Positions 26,984 to 35,000 of a stretch of DNA of 57,935 nt are shown piece after piece (position 1 is the first letter of the stretch; the number at the start of each line of letters is the position of its first letter). The stretch is from the IMG/VR virus record IMGVR_UViG_3300049038_000008, positions 1 to 57,935 of that record. One strand, written 5' to 3'. Made by a program: the position numbers and the translations under genes. The DNA is from a virus. Taxonomy: Duplodnaviria > Caudoviricetes. The notes below the pieces were generated by a model. It did no database searches and was not told the origin of the DNA. It was given only the letters and a program-made list of their open reading frames with translations.

Positions 26984-27916
26984 ATGTCAACAGCAATCAT
27001 CAGGTTTAGGTCCACACCGGGCGCGTCGTTTGCGGCAAGGTTGATTGATACGAGTGGGCAGCAAGTCGGCAATGACATCACCGATGATTTTATCGAGAAT
27101 GCGCCGGGGTGGTATTCGTGGCAGGCAAACGGCGCAGTGCCAACGACCTTTGAAGGCGAGGTGAGGATAGTACGGGTATCGGATGGCGTGATTATTCGCA
27201 GGGTTCCTATTGGCGGAAATGCTGTAGCCTACGCGCCTCCTGCACACGCTCATAGCACGGCAGAGGTGAGCGGTTTGATGGCTGCACTGGCTGAGAAGGT
27301 TGATAGCGGGGATGAAAGGTTGAGTGACGCGAGGACGCCCACGGCCCACACGCACAGCATTGCGAATGTGACGAATCTTCAGAGTTCTTTGAATGCCAAA
27401 TCGGATGCGAGCCACACGCACGAAGCAAGCGGCATCACGTTGGCTCAGGTTTATCCGGTTGGTTCTATCTACATTTCGGTTGTGAACACCAACCCTGCAA
27501 CGGTCTTTGGGTTTGGAACGTGGGTAAGTTTTGGAGCAGGGAGATGCTTGGTTGGTGTGGATGTTGGGCAATCCGAGTTTGACGCGGTTGAGAAGACAGG
27601 CGGAAGCAAGACGCACACGCTCATAACATCTGAGATGCCCTCGCACACGCACACGCAGGATTCTCACAACCACACCCAAAACGCGCACGGGCATACAGAG
27701 CAGGCGCAGGGTGGCACTACAGCAAACACGGGCGGCACGCATCTGATGACGAGCACGGCGACAGGGGGGAGTTTGAGAAGTTCAGGGCAAAGTACGGTGA
27801 ATGCGACAGCTACGAATCAGGCAGCGACGGCGGTGAACCAATCCACGGGTGGAGGGGCAGCTCATAATAATTTGGCTCCCTTCATAACGGCTTATTTTTT
27901 CAAACGCACGGCTTAA
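26984..27916 (+). CDS. Fibre/collar-domain protein with HxH repeats
   Basis: RLSDARTPTAHTH; YPVGSIYISV..NP...FGFGTW...GRCLVG; EMPSHTH; AHNNL. Confidence 0.8.
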   Translation: MSTAIIRFRSTPGASFAARLIDTSGQQVGNDITDDFIENAPGWYSWQANGAVPTTFEGEVRIVRVSDGVIIRRVPIGGNAVAYAPPAHAHSTAEVSGLMAALAEKVDSGDERLSDARTPTAHTHSIANVTNLQSSLNAKSDASHTHEASGITLAQVYPVGSIYISVVNTNPATVFGFGTWVSFGAGRCLVGVDVGQSEFDAVEKTGGSKTHTLITSEMPSHTHTQDSHNHTQNAHGHTEQAQGGTTANTGGTHLMTSTATGGSLRSSGQSTVNATATNQAATAVNQSTGGGAAHNNLAPFITAYFFKRTA

Positions 27917-27925
27917 TGGAGGCTT

Positions 27926-28207
27926 ATGGAAACGGTACATCAGAATTTTGTTTCAGATACCAGCAAAGTAGCAAAGACCCTCTTGGATGAACTCTATAGC
28001 AAGATGGTTCAACTCGATGCTCTGTGGGCAGGCGCACCGAATTATGATGCTCTGATTACTCAGGGAGAGATTGATGAGGTGCCGAGTTTTCTTGGTGCAG
28101 GCTTGACGACCACGCACTTGGCAGATGCCGAGTTTGCTCTTGCGACAATCAAGAACACCATCACCAATGCGCTCCCGGCTCTCACGGTGTTGGCGAATTT
28201 GCCCTAG
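27926..28207 (+). CDS. Hypothetical protein (possible fibre chaperone)
   Basis: GGAGG RBS; follows the fibre genes. Confidence 0.6.
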   Translation: METVHQNFVSDTSKVAKTLLDELYSKMVQLDALWAGAPNYDALITQGEIDEVPSFLGAGLTTTHLADAEFALATIKNTITNALPALTVLANLP

Positions 28208-28258
28208 AAGGTGACGGCTTATGGCAGAAGGGTATGAGTTACAGACGGGGTATGCGGG

Positions 28259-28618
28259 ATGATTACGACCAAGTGGAAAAGGTGGAATAAGTTTGCTGAG
28301 ATGGAACGGCGTGCGCCTGATGTTGCTGGTGACGTTTCAAAGCGAACCGCTGAAACCGTTGTAACCATTGGAAGCCAGATAGCACCTGTCAGTAATAACA
28401 GCGAACCCGGCCACGTTCACTTGAAGGATACAGGGTTTGTGGAGCAAAAGAGCAAGACGCGATATATGGCGGGATTTTCAGCCCCTTATGCCAAATTTGT
28501 GAACGATGGCACCGTGTTTATGGACGCGGACCCGTTTTTCAATACGGCTGTTGAATTTGCCCGAAAAGATGTTTACGAGCCGGGGCAAAGAGAATTTTTC
28601 AAGAGAGTGTCGGTGTAA
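28259..28618 (+). CDS. HK97 gp10-like tail component
   Basis: APV...HLKD...APYAKFVNDGT..M.ADPFF motif. Confidence 0.8.
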   Translation: MITTKWKRWNKFAEMERRAPDVAGDVSKRTAETVVTIGSQIAPVSNNSEPGHVHLKDTGFVEQKSKTRYMAGFSAPYAKFVNDGTVFMDADPFFNTAVEFARKDVYEPGQREFFKRVSV

Positions 28619-29055
28619 TGAATGAAATGGAATGCGCCCGTCAATTTATCTATGACAAGCTTGCAGCCGATGGCACGCTTACGGCACTTATCGGCTCGTC
28701 TTTGCCGCGAATTTATCCAGGGATGGCGGAGCAAGGGGAGGCGTTCCCGATGATTCAAATCCGCTGGCAAGGTCAAGTTGGTGGTGGGGACACTCGAACA
28801 CTGAATTATGAGCGAGTGTGGACAAGGATGCGCTTTTTGGTGGTTGGCATTGTGGATATTCGTAGCTACCTTGACCCGCTAGCGACCATTGCAGACAAGA
28901 TTGATGATTTATTAGAGAGGCAGACCGGCAGCAATTCATTAGGCACGGTCAAGCATTGTGTGAGAGAAGCGCCCTATGCAAAGCAGTACCCTGAAGATGG
29001 GATTATCTATACCGAACAGGGCGCATATTTTGAACTGGCAGTGATAGGGACGTGA
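28618..29055 (+). CDS. Tail terminator/completion protein (DUF3168-like)
   Basis: IYDKLAADGTLTALIG..RIYP..A....FP pattern. Confidence 0.75.
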   Translation: MNEMECARQFIYDKLAADGTLTALIGSSLPRIYPGMAEQGEAFPMIQIRWQGQVGGGDTRTLNYERVWTRMRFLVVGIVDIRSYLDPLATIADKIDDLLERQTGSNSLGTVKHCVREAPYAKQYPEDGIIYTEQGAYFELAVIGT

Positions 29056-29168
29056 TGACAGACGATAAATTCATTCGATTATTAAAATTCATCCGAATGA
29101 CCTTGCGCTTCGCATTGAATCGTCTTGAGCAACTATTTCCTGAATTAAAAGGGGCGAACGAGGAATAA
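29055..29168 (+). CDS. 37 aa amphipathic peptide
   Basis: Manual translation MTDDKFIRLLKFIRMTLRFALNRLEQLFPELKGANEE; TGATG coupling. Confidence 0.45.
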   Translation: MTDDKFIRLLKFIRMTLRFALNRLEQLFPELKGANEE

Positions 29169-29285
29169 CATGAGCAACCAACACCGCAATAGCCGCGTTG
29201 ATTTTGCTTCAACATTTGATTTTCTGCTTTCCGCAAAAGGCTTAACAGCCGTCGCCGCAAGCAGCCAGCTTGTGGAGAAAATCAA

Positions 29286-30314
29286 ATGGCAGTCAACTCA
29301 GTGGTCAACAAACGCGCGAAATTTGGCGCACAGGCAGCATTCGGCACGGGCGGCACACTAGATACCATCCTAAATGGTTTTGGCTTTTCACGCATCAAGC
29401 CGCTCGTTCGGGGTGGTGAGATGTACACCAATATGGGGGAACAGTTTGCCTCCATTGCGGTCCCTCCGGGTAAGCAGGCATCAGAGTTAACCTGTGCCGG
29501 TAAACTTACCTACAACACCATCGTTTATCCGTTCATCACGATGTTCGGCAATGTCAGCGTTGCGGCTGACGGCACGAATGGCAAAGAACGCGACTTCTAC
29601 CTTGCTAATGGCGTGACCATCACGAAGCAAGCGGCAACTATTGAGATTGGTGATGCGAATAGGGCGCAAAAGGTGATTGATGCTTTTGGCCGTGCACTCA
29701 CCATCAACCTCTCGGATGCTGCCCAAGGTTTCGAGATGCCGTTTTTTGCTGGCAAGCGGCAAGATGACACCACGCCAACCACGGCAGGGCTAACCAGCAT
29801 CACCGGCAAGATCGTCAACCCGGCAGACTTCGATGTCTATGTTGCATCTACGCAGGCAGGGCTAGACACGGCTGAAACCACGGGCGCGGCTGCACGGTTC
29901 GCATTGCCCCTGGCAGCGGATATAACCATTCCTGACATTTCGAGCTTGCTCTATCGGATGAACTCGTCTGATACCAGCTACCACGCACGCCCTGACATTG
30001 CGGCACAGGCACAACTCAAATTTAAGTGCGGTGATGATGATGCGGACTTTGCGAACTTCCTCACCTACCTTGACAACGGCACATCGGTGTTTTTCCGCTT
30101 CGTTGCCCTTGGTGATGTGATTGCCGGAATGACGCCAAGCCAGGAACGGTTCGCCATTGATTGCGCCTGTAAATTGGTGACGCCTGAAGAGCCGGATGAG
30201 CAGGATGGCGCGGCAACTAATTCATTTACTTTCGATTTATTCCACGATCCGACATGGGGCAAGGTCATCAATTTCAACATCATCAATGATGTGGCTGCGA
30301 TTACATGGTCGTAA
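29286..30314 (+). CDS. Major tail tube protein
   Basis: 342 aa, beta-rich; position between tail terminator and chaperone; GGAG RBS. Confidence 0.75.
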   Translation: MAVNSVVNKRAKFGAQAAFGTGGTLDTILNGFGFSRIKPLVRGGEMYTNMGEQFASIAVPPGKQASELTCAGKLTYNTIVYPFITMFGNVSVAADGTNGKERDFYLANGVTITKQAATIEIGDANRAQKVIDAFGRALTINLSDAAQGFEMPFFAGKRQDDTTPTTAGLTSITGKIVNPADFDVYVASTQAGLDTAETTGAAARFALPLAADITIPDISSLLYRMNSSDTSYHARPDIAAQAQLKFKCGDDDADFANFLTYLDNGTSVFFRFVALGDVIAGMTPSQERFAIDCACKLVTPEEPDEQDGAATNSFTFDLFHDPTWGKVINFNIINDVAAITWS

Positions 30315-30346
30315 ATTGTTAACCAACCAAAGGGAGAAGAAAACCG

Positions 30347-31147
30347 ATGTTTCTAAATCAAAAGGTGGAGGGGGAACGGGTTGAAATCCAGATTCCTCTA
30401 AAACCTCCATTCGTTGTTTATGTCCACCCAGACGGGGCGATGACGTTTCTGGAAACAGAAACCCGCAGCCGCTTGGACGATGTTACCTTAGCTGAAAAAC
30501 GCCTTGCCAAAGTTAACCGCAAGCTTACTGCCGGTTCGATTGATGATGATGAGTACGAGGAAGCCAAGGCAGAGGCCGACAAGGACAAAGCGAAGGCGTT
30601 GGAACTAATCAAAAAATCATTTGAATCGGGCGAGTTAACCCAAAGTCAGCGTGATACCCAGCTAAAACAAATCGAATCTGCCTACAAATCCCGTTGCTCT
30701 GACCTGTTGAATCAGCGTGACGGCACTCCGCCAAGTCCACAGGAAGCAATCCAGTTGACCGAGGATAAGCGCCTGTGGGAAGCGCAAGCCAACTTCAAAC
30801 CCTTCGCCGTGCCATACCTCAAAAATGTGCTTACCTCTTGGGAGTATTGGAAGGACGAGGAAGCTAAGGCGCACGCTGAACCGTGTTTGGAGGTTTCAGA
30901 AGCCTTGCTTGATGCAATGAGTGATACATCAATCAAACTCATCACTATTGCTGTGATGAACCACTATCAAAAGAAGGTGGTGGCAGAGGGAAAGTCCTTG
31001 CCGACTGGCAGCGGTTCAATGACCCAGAATGGGATGGCGGATGTCAGCCACAATGGGGACTTGTCTACCAAATCTCAAGAGAATGGAAACTTGACCCCGA
31101 TAGAGTTGCCAGATGGAGAAGTGGAAAACTTCGCCGTTGCGTTATGA
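30347..31147 (+). CDS. Tail assembly chaperone (gpG-like)
   Basis: Between tail tube and tape measure; contains the slippery heptamer. Confidence 0.75.
   Translation: MFLNQKVEGERVEIQIPLKPPFVVYVHPDGAMTFLETETRSRLDDVTLAEKRLAKVNRKLTAGSIDDDEYEEAKAEADKDKAKALELIKKSFESGELTQSQRDTQLKQIESAYKSRCSDLLNQRDGTPPSPQEAIQLTEDKRLWEAQANFKPFAVPYLKNVLTSWEYWKDEEAKAHAEPCLEVSEALLDAMSDTSIKLITIAVMNHYQKKVVAEGKSLPTGSGSMTQNGMADVSHNGDLSTKSQENGNLTPIELPDGEVENFAVAL
30988..30994 (+). promoter_or_regulatory. -1 programmed ribosomal frameshift site G GGA AAG
   Basis: In-frame heptamer identical to that of lambda G/GT; -1 frame open through to 31512. Confidence 0.85.
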
Positions 31148-31512
31148 CGGTAAACAGCGAGGCTAAATACAAACTCAGCACTTTGGAGGTTGAAATGGAT
31201 AACAAAGAAGTTCAGCGAAAGGGCACGCTCTTGAATTTGCCAGCCGATTATTGGGAGCAGTTTATAAACAAGTCAGGCAAGGACGTGGATGAGAAAAAGT
31301 TGCTCGAAAACGGCTATGACGGGCCGGGGCAAGTCCAATACATCAGAGAGCAGATGACCGAATTCGGTTGGCTTGGTGGTAAGCCTGCGGCTGAAAAGGC
31401 AGGCACGGTTGAGGCTGCTGTAGCAAAGGCCAAGAGCAAGACTAGGGTTAAGGATGTTGAAGAGGATAAGTTGCCGGACCCTCCTGAGCAAGAGGCTTTT
31501 AATCAGAAGTGA
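30992..31512 (+). CDS. gpT-like C-terminal extension of the chaperone (expressed as a gpGT fusion)
   Basis: -1 frame reads KVLADWQRFNDPEW...RRCV directly into the ORF-track 31144..31512 sequence. Confidence 0.75.
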
Positions 31513-31969
31513 TTTTGCATTTCGTTAGGAGCGAACCGCTTTTGCAAATGCCAGTGATTTTTGCTTGTTGCCCCTTGCTGAGTCTAGTTAGTTCGCCCTT
31601 ATCGGCATTATCGAAAAAACAGGACACCGAATTGAATGATTTGTTATCAGGTGAAAGGCTTATGGAAAGTTGCCCAAGTGAATCGCTGATATCTGTCACC
31701 ACGCCTGAAAGGGTGAGGACGTTATCAATGTATTTCCCGTCAGCCGTGAGTTTGTTTGCGTCGTATTCAGACAAGAATTTTGAAACGTCTAACCTGATAG
31801 CAGATTTTGAGGTAATGGCATCAGCGACTTGTTGGCGTTCGTTGTCTTCAATCTCCCCGGCTTTCTTTATTCCCAAGGTGAACAGGCCACCAGTGATGGC
31901 GACACATCCGCCGATTAACAGAACGAAGCCGATGATGACAGCTAAAAGAATTTTCACACCCGTATTCAT
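31499..31969 (-). CDS. Membrane-anchored/lipoprotein OB-fold protein (tRNA_anti-like family), moron
   Basis: N-terminal TM with LIGGC; EYDANKLTADGKY...LSGVVTDI...VSCFF...LSKGQ..KITGIC. Confidence 0.75.
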   Translation of the reverse strand: MNTGVKILLAVIIGFVLLIGGCVAITGGLFTLGIKKAGEIEDNERQQVADAITSKSAIRLDVSKFLSEYDANKLTADGKYIDNVLTLSGVVTDISDSLGQLSISLSPDNKSFNSVSCFFDNADKGELTRLSKGQQAKITGICKSGSLLTKCKITSD

Positions 31970-32002
31970 AGGCTTTGCGCAGTCTAAATAGGAGTTGGTT
32001 GA

Positions 32003-35000
32003 ATGTCAACCGTTGCAGACTTAACAGGCGAAGTAGCTTTAGACCCTAACCCTTTCATCGGTGGGGCGCTAAAAGCTGGCGATGCCTGGCAAAAGTTAAT
32101 AGACAAACTCGGCAAGGGTAATAATGTTCTCGACCCGCTAGAAAAGACCCTTAAAGAATTTGGGCTAAAAGCTAAGGGCATGGTTGACCCTGTTATCCAA
32201 GCCTTTGAAACTCTGGGCGTAAAATCACAAGCATCTCTTAATAAATCGGCGTCAGATGCGGTACAGGCATTTGAGCGCATCCGTACATCGGGTGTAGCGA
32301 CAGCCAAAGATATCGACAACGCTTACAAGGCGATGGAGAAAGCGGTTGCGAGTGCAAATCAGGAAATCGCCAAGCCTCAGACGGGTGGCTTTCTCGCTGA
32401 ATTGGGGCCGAAGATCAAGGCGGCTGCAGGCGAGATGCAGATATTTGGTGGCGTGGTTGCCGGTGTTTTCGGTGGCGCTATTGCCTACGCCACAAAAGCC
32501 TCATCAGACCTATCTGAATCGGTGAACGCAGCCGAGGCGGTATTCAAAGAAGCGGCTGGCACGGTTAAAGAATTCGCCAGCACATCAGCAACTTCGTTTG
32601 GTATCTCAAGACAAGCCGCATTAGAGGCAACCGCAAGTTTTGGCGGAATGTTCACCGCAATGGGATTAGGCAGGCAGGCCAGCGCAGATTTAAGCGTGGG
32701 AGTAATCGCGCTTGCCGCTGACCTTACATCATTGCGGAACATTCAAGGCGGCGTAGCGGAAGGAATCGAGAAAGTTAGGAGCGGCTTAATTGGTGAGTCC
32801 GAACCCCTCCGACGCATCGGTATTCTTGTTGATGATGCGACTGTAAAACACAAGTCTTTCGAGGTTGGGTTAAAGAATGCTGGTGGTGAACTCTCACAAC
32901 AGCAAAAAGTCTTACTCCGCTATTTAGAAATATTAGACCAATCCGAAGATGCAATGGGCGATTTTCAGCGCACATCCACGGGGATGGCAAATTCATCGCG
33001 CATTTTAACCGCACAATTTCAAGACCTCGCAGCGGCATTAGGTGACAAGTTTGCCACCGCAGGCAATACCGCTTTTGGTGTCGGTGTGCAATTGATGGGT
33101 GTGCTGAACAATCTGCCGGGGTCGGTGCTTGCAGCCGCAGCCGCTTTTATTACCGCAGGCGCAGCCATTGGCGGAATCGTATTGGCAGCCGGAACAGTTG
33201 TGGCAATCCTGGGCGGCCCTGTCACATTGGCGCTAGTGGGTGTGACTGCGATTGTCGGCACTATGGCGGTTGCTGTCGTGCAGAACTGGGAAAGAATCGC
33301 AGAAGCCACGGGGGGCTTAGAAATCAACTGGCGTAGCGTGTTCAAGGCGATGGCGATGGCAGCCGGTTATCTGGTTGACGTGATATCAGCCGTTGGGCGT
33401 CAAGTGATTATGGTTTTTGATGCCATTGTGAGCGGCGCGAAAATCATGGCCAACGGCGTAGTTCTCGCTTTCAACTTCCTAAAACAAACTTTGGGCGGCG
33501 TATTAACCGCCATCGCAACCGGCGATATGGTTGGCTTTTCTGTAGCTCTCTCGGCGGGTTTTTCAGGTGCGCTACTTGATGCCGGTGCAAAGATGTCGGG
33601 CGATATGAAGGCACTTGGGGAACGTCTGAAAGGCGATATGCGTGCCACGATGGGCTTCTTGGGTGGGCAAACAGCAAAGGCGTTTGGTGATGCGTTCGAC
33701 AAGGGCGTAGAGGCCGCAAAGAAATTCGATTATTCCAAACTCCGTGCACAAATCCTTGATGAGTTAAAGAAACTCACGGGCGATCTTGATAAAGAAGGAA
33801 AGAAGGCACGCAAGGGCGGCCATGACATGGGCAAAGCCATCCTTGACGGCTTCAAAGAAGGTATAGGCGGGTTTGGTGCTGCGGTAACAGAATTGCTCTT
33901 GAACGCCGATAAGCTTGCCGGTCTTTTCGACCCGATGAAGAAGAAACAAAGGGAAGCCAGTCAGGAATTGGTGTCGGCATTAAAGGTAGTAACCGAGGGC
34001 GTCAATCAATATCTTCAATCGTTAGGTCTAACCGCCAAATTCACACAAGAAGAGTTAGCCAAGATGGTGACAAGTGGGCAGGATGGCTTGCTTGGTTATG
34101 TGATGGCATGGAAAAGAGCCGAAGAAGAGACACGGAAAGCTGGTGTTGATTTATCTAAACATATCACGGTGCCCCTGAAAGAGATAAACGAGGCATTGAA
34201 GGCGGCGGGTTACGACATTGAAATCAATGAAAAAATGTGGGCGAAGTTGACGGATGAAGAGAAGAAAAATGTAGTCGCCATCAATGATGTACTTGCCGCA
34301 CAGAAAGAATTTAACCGCAATGTTGATGCTACGGGCGATTCATTAAAACATGCCGCTACCGAGATGTTAGACCATTCGCATAAGGTGAATGAGCTTACCC
34401 GCTCGTTGCTGACCGGCTCAACTACGTTCAAAGAATTCATCAACACTCTCGGCAAGGGCACCATCCCCGTGGTGAAGTTGACCGCTAATGAAATTGAGAC
34501 TCTGAGCGAGAAATTCAAAACCACGGGCATCATCGTTGCCAACACTGCCGATAAGATCAAAGAGGCTCTGGATAAAGATATACGGTTGTCTGTAGCACGG
34601 CTTGAACTCGACACCAAGAGCGCCATTGATTCAATGATAAGCGACTATGAGCAATTCGCTGAACACCTGGGCAAGACCGGCAAAGAGTTTGAAAGGTTCG
34701 TTGAGCAGAACATGCGGGAATCCCTAGCCAAATTGCCGGGAATGAATCAGGAAGCGATAGACAAGATTGTTGAGAAGTGGAAGCAGGGGCTAGTGCAGTT
34801 ACCAGGTATTTGGGAGAAGGCTTTCGGTAAACTGCCGTCATCTCTCAAGGGCATTATGGGGGATGTGTTCGGAATCATAGACACCATGCCTGGCAAGTGG
34901 GGTGATGCGACAAGGAAAATCACCGACACGATTTCGCAATGGATAAGTTTCGCGGACAAAATCTTAGGATTACTTTCAAAAATCTCTGATTCAATTCCAT

